NCBI GenBank assembly: GCA_030390025.1
Contig: CM059432.1
Span: forward strand, 142,540,001 to 142,604,000
Source of the DNA: Squalus acanthias
Taxonomy: Eukaryota
Length of the DNA: 64,000 nt
Direction: 5' to 3'
Shown: piece by piece, positions 24,462-36,242 of the stretch
How positions within the stretch are numbered: the first letter of the stretch is position 1
How the letters are laid out: every line of letters begins with the position of its first letter
Translations under genes and position numbers: made by a program
The notes under the pieces: generated by a model
What the model was told of the DNA's origin: nothing
What the model saw: the letters and a program-made list of their open reading frames with translations, nothing else
Database searches by the model: none

Positions 24462-25234
24462 TGCTCTGTAGACCATGAGCTTAGTGCCGGGTTTGAGGTC
24501 CTGGTCTTCAAACACTCTCTTCCTCAGGCAGGATAGGCGCACCAACATCAGTGTTCTCGCTCAGGCCAACATCCCCAGTATTGAAGCTTTGACCACGCTC
24601 CATCAGCTCCGATGGACGGGTCACATTGTCCGCATGCCCGATACGAGACTCCCAAAACAAGCGCTCTACTCGGAGCTCCGACACGGCAAGAGAGCCCCAG
24701 GTGGGCAGAGGAAATGCTTCAAGGACACCCTCAAAGCCTCCTTGAAAAAGTGTAACATCCCCACCGACACCTGGGAATCCCTGGCCCAAGACCGCACAAA
24801 GTGGAGGAGAAGCATCCGGGAAGGCGCCGAACACCTCGAGTCTCTTCGCCGGGAGCAAGGGAAAGCCAAGCGCAAACAGCGCAAGGAGCGCACGTCAACC
24901 CAAGCATTCCACACCCACCCGCCCCTTCAACCACCGTCTGCTACACCTGTGACAGAGACTGTAGGTCCCGCATCGGACTCATCAGTCACCTGAGAACTCA
25001 TTTTTAATGTGGAAGCAAGTCATCCTCGGTTCCGAGGGACTGCCTAAGAAAGAAATGCAAGTTCTTTCTTTACATGCAGTCACACAGCACAGGTAAATGT
25101 ACTTCATGTGTGTATATTTACTGAACATCTACCACCATTCAGTAACCAAGGAAGTAAAGCATTCACAATGATCAGAAAACGCTTGCACACTGCTTTTTGT
25201 CTCACCATTTTACCAACAAACGCACATAACCTCC

Positions 25235-25520
25235 AGTCCCACCCCCCCCCCCCCCCCCCCATTGGTTGTCCGGCAGGTCCATATACACCCCGCCCGCCCT
25301 CCCATGGCCAATCATCGGTTGGATGATTCTTGACCGTCAGTCAAACAGCCTTTTTTCACATCTCCGATATTTTTATAACTAATAAACAGAAGACCTCACA
25401 GTAAATGAAAGTAACCACAATCTGTTTTAATGCCCCCGTGATTTTTTTCTCCCGGGTCTTTGCTCGCAGGGAGATTAATCTTTAATTCCTGGACAATCCT
25501 GGAAGGGTTGGCAACCTTAA
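25235..25520. mobile_element. Non-autonomous DNA transposon/MITE remnant
   Basis: Right end reads AGGTTGCCAACCCTTCCAGGATTGTCC on minus, an hAT-like terminus; left end degraded. Confidence 0.45.
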
Positions 25521-26969
25521 CTTCCTCTCATTAGTGAAAATCTGTTTCCTACAATATGTAATTTATTAACTCATAGAACAGTTAAAGAGCTTCATGCTTC
25601 AGGTATGAAGTCAAATGGCCTGGCTGATCAACATGAACATTTCTCCCTTCAATATTAATTCAATAGCTTTGGCATGCAGGGGTCATTTATTCCAGATGTG
25701 CCACAACCTTGGCTTCCAGTGGAGATGTGATCCAATGATCTCCCTTGTGTGCCCATTCACCTCACATGGCCTACACACCTACGCCACAGAAGCAGATGTC
25801 TTCCTCGCTGATTCCTCGAGTTCCGACAGATGGGAACGCTTAAAGGAATCTGCATATGTGCGAGTCAGCTCCACAAGTGTTATGTATTTAGACATAAAGA
25901 CAAATAAGCTATTCAGTAAATGTGGTTTCCTCAGTGTTGTGCTATTTCTACACGCTGCTGAAAATCCATATATCATGAAAAAAAAATCAACTTCAAATGT
26001 CCACCGACTGCTACCACCGGTGTATTGTGTGCAAGCCTAGCTGTTAAGGAGCTTTTCTTTCTTTTCTGACATATTAGCCATCGGATCCACTGCAGCAACA
26101 GCGCTCACTGTAAGAAGTCTTTAAAGGAAAGTTGCTGCTGTAAGTTAGAAAGGAACAACACGCCATGACTGTAATGGTACGGACAGGTCCTGGGCATCCG
26201 AGGAACTGTGTCAAGGGAAAACTGACGGTGGCCTCAATAAATGATAGGATGGATAACATTAAACAACTCACAACCCCGAGTTTCTGAAGCAGAAACTACC
26301 ATTTGTATCTCTGGTTCACAAATGTTTTACGAGCGAGCAGATGCTATACTTGACAGTAACCTTTCATTTCACTGCCTACAATGTTTCTGGCGGTCCCGGG
26401 GTATTAAAGTCCGAAGCCATCTCACATCCACCTTCGCAGCTGCCGGTGTGTGTGTCACAGCAAGCTGGTTAAATTCAGCATGATCAACCCCCTCAACATA
26501 ACTGGTCATTTTCAGTATTTAGATTCCTTTTCCTGCCCAGCGAATTGTTAAATGAGTCTCCATAACTCCACCATACTGTGAAATCAGGAGCGACAACATC
26601 AGCTGGCACTTCCTCAGAGCATGTATTCAAGCACTGCCAGAAAACACTGCCGACAGTCCACAGAAACACACAGCACAGGAGGAGGCCATTCGGACCATCC
26701 TGCCTGTGCCGGCTCTTTGAAAGGGCTCTCCAACCATTCCCACTTTCCCCATAGCCCCGCATTTATTTTTCCCTTTCAAATATTCCCTTTTGAAAGTTAT
26801 TGTTGAATCTGCTTCCACCGCCCTTTCAGGATCATAACAGCTGTGTAAGAAGAATTCTCCTCATCTCCCCTCTACTTTGTTTGCCAATTATTTTAAATCT
26901 GTGTCCTCTGGTTACCGACCCTCCTGTCAGTGGAAACAGTTTCTCCCTATCTACTCTATCAAAACTCCT

Positions 26970-27940
26970 CACAATATATATTAATGATCTAGACGAGGGA
27001 ACTAGATGTAATATCTCCAAGTTTGCAGACGACACAAAGTTGGGTGGGCGTGTGTGCTGTGAGGAGGATGCCGAGAAACTCCAGTATGATTTGGACAGGT
27101 TGGGTGATTGGGCAGATGCATGGCAGATGCAGTATAATGTGGATAAATGCGAGGTTATCCACTTTGGTGGCAAAAACAGAAGGCAGATTATTATCTGAAC
27201 GGCAATAGATTGGGAGAAGAGGAAGTGCAACGAGACCTGGGTGTCCTTGTGCACCAGTCGCTGAAGGTAAGCATGCAGGTGCAGCAGGCAAATGGTATGT
27301 TGGCCTTCATAGCGAGAGGATTTGAGTACAGGAGCAAGGATGTCTTGCTGCAGTTGTACAGGGCCTTGGTGAGACCACACCTTGAGTATTGTGTGCAGTT
27401 TTGGTCGCCTTATCTGAGGAAGGATGTTCTTGCCCTGGAGGGAGTGCAGCGAAGATTCACCAGACTGATACCTGGGGTGGCAGGAATGACGTATGAGGAG
27501 AGATTGGGTCGATTGGGCTTATATTCGCTGGAGTTTAGAAGAATGAGAGAGGATCTCATTGAAACTTATAAAATTCTAACAGGACTAGACAGACTAGATG
27601 CAGGAAGGATGTTCCCGATGGCGGGGGAGTCCAGAACCAGGGGTCACAGTCTAAGGATAAGGGGTAAGCCATTTAGGACAGAGATGAGGAGGAATTTCTT
27701 CACCCAGAGAGTGGTGAACCTGTGGAATTCTCTACCACAGAAGGCAGTTGAGGCCAATTCATTAAATATATTCAAGAAGGAGTTAGATATATTTTTTAAG
27801 GCTAAAGAGATCAAGGGATATGGGGAGAAAGCAGGGACAGGGTACTGAATTTGGATGATCAGCCATGATCTCATTAAATGGCGGAACAGGCTCGAGGGGC
27901 CGAATGGCCTACTCCTGCTCCTATCTGCTATGTTTCTATG
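26970..27940 (+). mobile_element. Young CR1 LINE, 5'-truncated
   Basis: IYINDLDEG..ISKFADDTKLGG and ORF 27147..27848; near-identical at protein level to 21757-22167 and similar to 51320-51767. Confidence 0.92.
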
Positions 27941-27945
27941 TCGGG

Positions 27946-28027
27946 GTAGTCGTGGCCGAGTGGCTACGTCGATGGGCTAGAAATCCATTGGAGTTTCCCC
28001 GCGCAGATTCGAATCCTGCCGACTACA
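27946..28027 (+). pseudogene. tRNA-Ser(AGA)-derived sequence, probably a pseudogene
   Basis: 82 nt GTAGTCGTGGCCGAGTGG...CTAGAAATCCAT...TTCGAATCCTGCCGACTAC follows the vertebrate tRNA-Ser-AGA sequence. Substitutions disrupt the D stem and the B box/T stem (GGTTCGA to GATTCGA); no T4 terminator directly downstream. Confidence 0.85.
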
Positions 28028-28062
28028 GAAATGATGACGTCGTCCCAAAGGGCTTCATTTAG

Positions 28063-28483
28063 GGCAACACGGTGGCATAGTGGTTAGCACTGGTGCCTCA
28101 CAGCGCCAGGGACCCGGGTTCGAATCTGACCTCGGGTGACTGTCTGTGTGGAGTTTGCACATTCTCCCCGTGTCTGCATGGGTTTCCTCCGGGTGCTCCG
28201 GTTTCCTCCCACAGTCCAAAAATGTGCGGGTTAGGTTGATTTGGCTATGATAAATTGACCCTTAGTGTTAGGGGGGGATTAAATATGTGGGGTTATGGGG
28301 ATAGGATGGGATATGTTAGGGGGAATTAAATACGTGGGGTTACGGAGGTAGGGTGGGATATGTGTACTGTGGGGATTAAAAGCAGGGACAGGGTACTGGA
28401 TTTGGATGATCAGCCATGATCGTATTGAATGGTGGAGCAGGCTCGACGGGCCGAATGGCCTACTCCTGCTCCTAGATTCTATG
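28063..28483 (+). mobile_element. V-SINE (HE1-like) with CR1-derived tail
   Basis: tRNA head (tggcatagtgg...ggttcgaatc), V-domain tgtgtggagtttgcacattctccccgtgtctgc...ccggtttcctcccacagtccaaa, tail matching the young CR1 3' UTR. Confidence 0.88.
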
Positions 28484-28979
28484 TTTTGAACACCTGTATT
28501 AAATCTCCCTTTAACCTTCTCTGCTCTAAGGAGAACAATCCCAGCTTCCCCTAGTCTCTACACATACACTGAAGTCCCTCACTCCTCAGAATATAGATAC
28601 CAAAAAAACGATTGTTTTTTTTCTAACGCTTATTTGAATCCTTGCCTCACTCTTAACACCCCTTGCTACAAAATGTTGGGTAAAAAAAAAATGGGCTTGC
28701 ATTCTTCAAATAAAATCCTAGATATGGAACATTCAGGAGTCTGGATATAAATTTGCTTTCAAATTTAAAAAATGCTCCCATAGTGATCACACGGCAGTGT
28801 CTGAGTGTGGGAAACACAACTAGAAACAAGTGCTGGAGTGCGTTAGATTGTTGGAGACTGCCACCATGTTTCACTTCTGTTTGGAACAGAGGGCTTTCAA
28901 AAGATCAGGTCATTTACTGCTCTCATTGCAGATATGCTTCCACTATTCTGTATGTGTCCAACTTGTTTAACTTTAGAGA

Positions 28980-29290
28980 TTACACAGAATTTACAGCACA
29001 GAAACAGGCCATTCAGCCCAACTGCTCCGTGCCGGTGTTTATGCTCCACACGAGCCTCCTCCCACCCTACTTCATCTCACCCTATTGGCTTATCCTTCTA
29101 TTCCTTTCTCCCTCATGTACTCATCTAGTTTCCCCTTAAATCCATCTCTGCTATTCGCCTCAACCACTCCCTGTGGTAGCGAGTTCCACATTCTATCCAC
29201 TCTCTGGGTAAATAAGTTTCTCCTGAATTCCCTATTGGATTTATTTATCTTAAATTTATGGGCCCTAGTATTGGAGTACCCCCACTTCTC
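28980..29290 (-). mobile_element. CR1 3' end
   Basis: Same family as 20140-20400, 47550-47990 and 54180-54550. Confidence 0.8.
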
Positions 29291-30144
29291 TCAACTTGTT
29301 TAATTTCTGTAAACAGAGTTAGTTCATTCCGAATCTGAGCCCAGTGCAGTATTGCGTGTTGATAATACTGGCTCCCAGGGTGACTTGTTGAGAAATGAAG
29401 TGCTGGGACAATACCAATCCAGGACTGAGAGTCCGAAAGGGTGCGGGGTCCCTGCAGGGGCACGGCCGGACACTGGAAAGCGACAGTGTTTGGATCATAG
29501 GGAACACGGCGTTTGCTTCTGGGAAGAGTGGCGAGAGCATTGCAAGAGGAAACAGCTCATTAAAACACCCTCACATCCTACCACACTGGTAGCAGCAAGT
29601 TGAGAGAGGTACCCGTCTCACCACCTCTCCTTACTATGCTTTGTATCATCTGACCACACAGCATACTCACCGCCTTGTCTGGGGTGCTCTTGGTGCCTCG
29701 AATGTATTGAAAATCATTCTATTTAGATGACTGTTTCCGTGAAGCACAACCATTGCTGTTTGCAATGCAATGTAAAGGCGCATGTAACATTCTGACACCC
29801 AGCTAGGAGACTCATTTCAATTGCAGCTATAGAGATTAGATTGCAGTGCAAGGATGTCTAACCTCAATGCATCAGTTTGCAAACTCACAGAATATATAAG
29901 AAAGTGTTATCTCTCCCAATCAGCCATTTCTGAGGAAATCACAAACTCACCGAGGCTGAACCACAGACATTCTTCAAAATCTGATTTCCATTCCTGGATC
30001 ACTGCAGTAGCTAGTCAACAGATTGACATCGCCAAGCCCTCACAACATGGCTTGCACATCCAGCATCTGGAGCACAATCTACCCCACCCGAATAGGACAA
30101 CCCTCACAGCGCGGGTGGCACAAGTTGAAACCCACTAGGCACCA

Positions 30145-30517
30145 ACACAGCGGTTAATCGGCAGTATACACAGCGGGCAATGGGCAGTATACACAGTGGG
30201 CAATGGGCAGTATACACAGCGGGCAATGGGCAGTATACACAGCGGGCAATGGGCAGTATACACAGTGGGCAAGGGGCAGTATACAGCGGGCAATGGGCAG
30301 TATACACAGTGGGCAATGGGCAGTATACACAGCGGGCAATGGGCAGTATACACAGCGGGCAATGGGCAGTATACACAGTGGTCAATGGGCAGTATACACA
30401 GTGGGCAATGGGCAGTATACACAGTGGGCAATGGGCAGTATACACAGCGGGCAATGGGCAGTATACACAGCGGGCAATGGGCAGTATACACAGCGGGTAA
30501 TCAGTTGTATACACAGC
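30145..30517. repeat. 23-bp minisatellite (gggcaatgggcagtatacacagy), about 16 copies
   Basis: Direct tandem units; explains the repetitive ORFs in all frames. Confidence 0.95.
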
Positions 30518-30839
30518 TTGCCACTCCTCATAGTGCCAGCCAAGTTCAATCACGACTGAAACCTCCCACATATGATGCAACACACACACTGTACACTATG
30601 GGCATGTAATATCAATATGTTGCAACCAAGTTTGACAATTGTGTCTATAAAGAGGTATTCACACTGCCTTTAAACTTTAACTTTGGTCTCAGTAGCCCAA
30701 CATTTCTGGTGCACAGGATGGGTTACAAGGAAAAAGAGTGCCTCCAAGGGGTGGCGAGTTGTATTCAGTGGTAATGTAATTGCTACAGATGTAAAGTTTG
30801 CTTCTTAATTTACCCATCAGAAAAGGTTTTTTTTGTTAA

Positions 30840-31310
30840 TACTCCAATGCTCTCCTGGCCGACCTCCCAGCTCCCACCCTCCAGAATCTCCAGCTCATCC
30901 AAAACTCTGCTACCCCGTGTCCTAACCTGCACCAAGTCCTGTTCAGCCATCACCTCAATTTTAAAATTGTCATTGTGTTCAAATCCCTCCATGACCCCGT
31001 CCCTCCCTATCTCTGTAACCTCCTCCAGCCCTCCGAGATCCCTGTGTGCCTCCAGCTCTGGCCTCTTGTACATCTCGATTTTAATCGCTCCACCATTGGC
31101 GGCCGTGTCTTCAGCTGCCTTGGCCCTAAGCTCTGGAATTCCCAACCTAAACCTCTCCGCCTTTGAACCTACCACTTTGGCCAACCTTTTGGTCTCCTGT
31201 CCCAATATCTCATGTGGCTTGGTGTCAATTTTCTTTGTCCGATTATATTCCTGTGAAGTGCCTTGGGAAGTTTTACTGTTAAAAGTGTTATATAAATGCA
31301 AATGTTGTTA
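30840..31310 (+). mobile_element. L2 LINE 3' end
   Basis: [28 protein letters not shown] and L2 tail. Confidence 0.8.
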
Positions 31311-33411
31311 ATTCTGGCAGTAGTGAGCCACATTTCAATTTCTACTGACAGAAAGGTGCTGACTGCCCCATCATCTATTCTCAATGGGAAGGAGCTGATG
31401 ATAGAGGCCTGGAAGCAACAGTCCAAGCATGTATTGTACTTGACTGCACTCACATACTTGACTTAGCTTGCACAAGCTGTGCTGGGAGACAGCATGACCT
31501 CAATTGCCCACCCTCGTTGCTACTATCCTACATGAGTAGGCACAGCTTAACCACTGCAGAAACAATCCCATGCCTTGTTGGCACTGCATTATAAAGTACC
31601 AGGATCACAGAGAGAGACACGGGCTGAAAGGCGGGTCAATTAGTCAGCAGATATTTAAACACTCGAGAAATATCAGTTTAATTTAAATGGACACAATCTC
31701 AGACTGATTTCCTGGATTTTGAGATCTTGGTGCTATTTAAAGAGTTTAGGCACATCTCACGCGGATGAATAGTTGCACCATTGAAGTCAGATACATTTCA
31801 CTGCCTATTCTCGATGCATCTCCCCCGGACTAGCTCTCCATTGACTCGCCTCAGCGGAAACACAGTTTTCCCGTCCTTTTTTTTAAATTGAAGGGCAACA
31901 TTTTCAACAATAAATGGAAACAGAGGCAGTTTATTAAACCCGCGTGCACTAGATGGTGCTGTTACACAGCTCCAGTGCTGATCAGCTTTTAGCTGAATTC
32001 CCGGCGCCACTCTGGGTCACTTCCGCGGAGATATAAAAGCACAGGAGGCGAATAGTGTCAACTCTTCAAAACTGGACTGTAACCTGGTCAAATATAGTGT
32101 TTGCATTTCTGACAAGATTATTCAACTATTCCTTTAATGTTATGTGCTTATAACGAGGGCTGCGTCAAGACTTTTTCAAACTTTGGAACCTTCGCTGGAG
32201 GAGGGGAGAATTAAACTATAATTTCAACACTGCTTTACTTATCGCAATGCTTTCCAAGCATGCAAAAAACGCCGATCCAACAGAAGCGCACAGTGATTGC
32301 ACAAGATAATTGGACAGCGGCAGCAGGACTGAACAGCCACCAAAGTCCGGGAGGAGCCGAGTGGACATTTACTTCTGCGAACTGACTGAATGATTGAAAG
32401 TTTGCAATAGTACATGTCGCTATATCACAGGCGGAAAGAAATTACGCCTCGCACCGGCCATGATCGCCCCCCCCCCCATGAACTGCTCCATGGGTGCAGA
32501 CTTCACCAACTGCGAATATGCAGCTCAAATTAAACACAAGCAATCTTAACTGTTCAAAATGCACAGCATTCTCCTTTGGTAGCCTGTAGGTGCTCTATTA
32601 CAAAGTCTCTGCTGCAATAGGTCAAACCTATAATTGCTACCCATGACAATTTACAAAGATGGCTAGAGGAAGTGTAAGCAAAGGCAACAGAAAGAAATGG
32701 TACAAACAGTAACTGTTCCACCAGTATCCTTGCCGGAGTGTATTAGGAATCCTGTTCGTACCCGTGTGAAAGTTACGATAGGGTCTTATTTTCAAGCAGT
32801 GATCAGAAAATGAAATAGTGGCATTAACGGCCTTGTTAGTTACACAGGGCTGGTGTAAGTGAGTTACTGTTGGCCTCACCCCCCATCGGCTGGGTTACTC
32901 CAGTCAGGTACACGCCACCTCTTGCACGTGTCCCTGCACTCGGAGATTTGGGCAGGAAACAGGACCGCCTGGTACGTGTGGCCCCAGCTCAGCCGCGCAC
33001 CAGGCCGTCCGTTTCCTGCTCAAATCCCACGCTAACTAGACAGGATACTATCCATGGTGCACGTTGGCTTAGGGAGGGAGGGGGTTACTGCATCACCTGG
33101 GGCTGACACTCGAGGGTAATCCAGCACAGAGGCAGCGAGCAGAAGTATTTCAGCAGTGACACAGCAGATGAATCAGGAGGTGATGCCAGTGCACTGGGCC
33201 CACGACTGCTGCCTTTGATTCACGCCACTAGTCTGAGCAAATCCTAGTGCAACAGACATGAAACACAGCTTGGCTAAGTTCTGATAGCTGCATTCAGACT
33301 CGGGAGTAGCCGTCCTCTCACCTGCAACAGTGGGCTCAGGCCATTTCTTTCAATGAGGGAGGTCTCTGAGTGAGAGATCGCTAGATCACCATCAACTGGT
33401 GAAACGGTTAC

Positions 33412-33417
33412 TTTATT
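33412..33417 (-). promoter_or_regulatory. Candidate EMC2 polyadenylation signal AATAAA
   Basis: tttatt on + strand, about 310 nt downstream of the EMC2 stop codon; no transcript data. Confidence 0.5.
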
Positions 33418-33727
33418 TTGTGAATGTGCTTTTTCATTGAATCTTAAATATTTCTTTTAACGACGTCTCAAACATTACAAGCTGCTGCTAGTCTCTAATG
33501 GTTGTTTCGCGTCTGAATATCATTTAATTGTCACTGATGTGAAGTATCAGCCCCACAGGCAGTGGGACTCCGAGTTACATTCACAGAATAAAGTTCGTCG
33601 GCCAAGTTTGCATCACTGACGGGGGGGCCGGTGAGGAAGAGAGAGAAGGGGTGCTGACAATAGAGGTTCCACAATATCACTGAAGTGGCAGGTTCGGCTG
33701 TGGTTGATCCAGACTAGTGCAATGGCT

Positions 33728-33814
33728 TCATGATTGCGTGATCTGCAAAGCTTCCAGCATATCTTCCACGACCTTTAGCGAGTACTTGGTCTCCTTTTTG
33801 CCACGACCTGCAAG
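33728..33814 (-). CDS. EMC2: EMC2 last coding exon, [32 protein letters not shown]
   Basis: Matches EMC2 C-terminus ([28 protein letters not shown]); acceptor ttccag; TGA at 33730-33728. Confidence 0.96.
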   Translation of the reverse strand, partial: LAGRGKKETKYSLKVVEDMLEALQITQS

Positions 33815-35780
33815 CTGGAAGTCAACAGAGGAGGAATTAGGTATAGTCCCAGACTGGCACTGTTTGAGCTCATGGTGTCGAGCCATTAATCCCCTCACCT
33901 CTCCACCACCCCCAATCATTCAGATCTGACTGCTGAAATGACTTCTAACGCACCTTTCAAAAAGACAATTAAAGTGGAGAGAGTTTACTTGAACTCAAGA
34001 GACTTGACATCTTCTCAACACAACACTTTCCCACAGGCTTCAGCGTAAATGTGGCCTCGCTTCACGCTCAAACTTTCAAGTAACTGGATTCTATTCACTT
34101 GAGAAAGGAGGTATTTAATGGGCGGGAGGAGGGGGGGGGGGGAGGGCAAGGTTAATGCTCATTCCTAAAATAGTACATCTATTCTGATAATAAGGTGAGA
34201 AGGAACACTTTGACACTTGTAATGGCAATCATCCAACAATTTGCACTCATTCTGACTTGGTTCCACCGAGCCACTGAACAGAAGCAGAAACAGAGATAAA
34301 GGAAAGGCTATGGGTTCACTAAAACTCATCACTTTGTTTGAAGCACTTGCCATCCATCAACGTGTCATTAAATTTAATTCCAAATTGTACTTGAATGTTA
34401 AGCACCCATGGACCACAGGAGTAGATTTTTAATTAAATTTCCAAAGTCTGGCTGCTCTTCGGACGGATGAAGTGACACTATCAACCGCCTCCATCACGTT
34501 CCGACTGCCTAGAGTGGTCATTGGGGTTTAAGCGCTGTTGAGATCGCTGTCCCCAAAATTGCAGGCATTCAAATCTCCGAGCTCGCTGAAAGGTCTGAAG
34601 CTTGGGAAAGCACTGGAGGGGCAGTAACAGAAAAAAAGAAATAAAATTGCATCGGATTTAGCCAGCAGGCTTGCTCTGCCGTCAATTAAAAAAAAATCTT
34701 GGCTGCGCTCCTAAACTTAATCCTTTAGTATTAAATGTCTGTGTTGACATAGATATTTGACATTTTGTGTTAAGAGATTTCTTCTGGTTTTTTTTTTTTG
34801 CAAGAGAATGGTAGAATGGGCAGTTAAAAAGCTCTCAGTAATGCTATTTAATAATAATCACAAATTGCATTATTAAAACAAAAAGTAAAAACTTCCAAAA
34901 CATCTGGGTCTCTTCCTAACATTTACATCCAGTACATAACAGATGCATTTTCACAACTGGCCTCTCACAACCCAAGGTGCAGTAAGATGAACAAGTGTAT
35001 TAAAAATGTTTTAACTGTTCACAGAAACCAGTGCTTTTTGCGCCTACCCCATTTAAAAAGTTTATTCACGATACACGGTTTCAAAAAACATTTTTCTTTT
35101 TCTACGCATTCTTTCAAAGATTCACTGATGTCCCTTTAGGGAAGGAAACCTGCCGTCCTTACCCGGTCCGGGCCTATATGTGACTCCAGTCCCGCACCAA
35201 CGTGGTCGACTCCTAACTGCCCTTTGAAGTGCCCACTCAGGTGTATCGAACCCGCTACCATCAGCGGTTCAAGAAGGCCGGCATGTAGGAACAGGCAATA
35301 AATGCCAGACTTGTCAGCGGCATCAACACTGCAGCAATTAATTTTTTTAAAGTACGTAACTAAACAGAAAATCTGGTGCAGCTGTTAAGTGGATTGAAAA
35401 CTAGTGTGAACACCACTAAGAGCACTTGAGGGATCAACGGTTAACGACTTATAGTGTAATGAAGTCTAACTAGGTGCTAAAGGTGGAGACGCTGTATTTT
35501 GTTGTAACTAAGAGGGGCGTAATCTTTTATGGGAGTACCTGGGAGCTCGGGCAGTTAAGGTTTCTACTCCAATTTTCTCTGCATTTTACGGGCTTCATCA
35601 GTTCTCTCCGGGATTTTCACCTCAGGGGATCGAAATGTTGACAGCTGCCCATAAACCCCGCCACCCCACTAAATTCACAGTGGGCCTCTTCGTCACACTG
35701 GCAACTGCTAGACACAAAATCACAATCTACAAAGGCTCGATACATTTCTCCTTATTTACCAAAAGAGAGTAAGGAGACCA

Positions 35781-35912
35781 GTCCTGACAAAAGGTCCCAG
35801 ACCTGCAATGTTAACTCTGTTTCTCTCTCCACAGATGCTGCCTGACCTGAGTATCTCCAGCATTTTCTGTTTATATTTCAGATTTCCAGCATCCGCAAGT
35901 ATTTTGCCTTTT
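35781..35912 (+). mobile_element. Penelope pLTR end with decayed hammerhead
   Basis: Similar to 43625-43750; core mutated (CTGACAA, GCAA). Confidence 0.65.
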
Positions 35913-36242
35913 GTAAATAAGGAGAAACTGTTTCCACTGGTGGGAGGTAACCAGAAATCACAGATTTAAGGTAATTGGCAAAAGAATCAGAGGCGAGATG
36001 AGGAGAATTTTTTATACGCAGTGAGTTGTTGTGATCTGGAATGCACTGCCTGAAAGGATGGCGGAAGCAGATTCAATAGTAACTTTCAAAAGAAAATGGG
36101 ATAAATACTGGCAACGGAAACCTCTGTAGGTCTATGGGGAAAGAGCGGGGGGAGTGGGACTAATTGGATCGCTCTTTCAAAGAGCCGGAACAGGCACGAT
36201 GGGCTGAATGGCCTCCTTCTGTGCTGTAAGATTCGATGATTC
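35913..36242 (+). mobile_element. CR1 3' end
   Basis: EKLFPL..HRFKVIGKRIRGEMRR..VVVIWNALP and tail. Confidence 0.85.

Larger units (their letters stand above)
23778..25072. mobile_element. DeuSINE tail containing a 5'-inverted RTE (23879-25050), which contains a Penelope-like insertion
   Basis: TSD agaaatgc (23871-23878 and 25051-25058); inverted RTE piece to about 24529, then sense RTE (ORF 24475..24993) to the tail. Confidence 0.85.
26645..28585 (-). mobile_element. Older CR1 split into 26645-26975 and 28484-28585 by a composite insertion
   Basis: aaaactcctcacaat | tttgaacacctgtattaaatctccc rejoin to sequence that is uninterrupted at 55945-55985. Confidence 0.8.

Noticed and set aside
27946..28027. 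Functional tRNA-Ser gene
   Set aside because: B-box/T-stem and D-stem substitutions and no terminator; treated as a pseudogene pending tRNAscan-SE.
30104..30609. Cys-rich or repetitive protein ORFs in several frames
   Set aside because: Fully explained by the 23-bp minisatellite; no splice or homology support.
1..33400. TMEM74 or another neighbouring gene expected from human synteny downstream of EMC2
   Set aside because: No ORF in the track resembles TMEM74 or any other recognisable host protein; short exons cannot be excluded.
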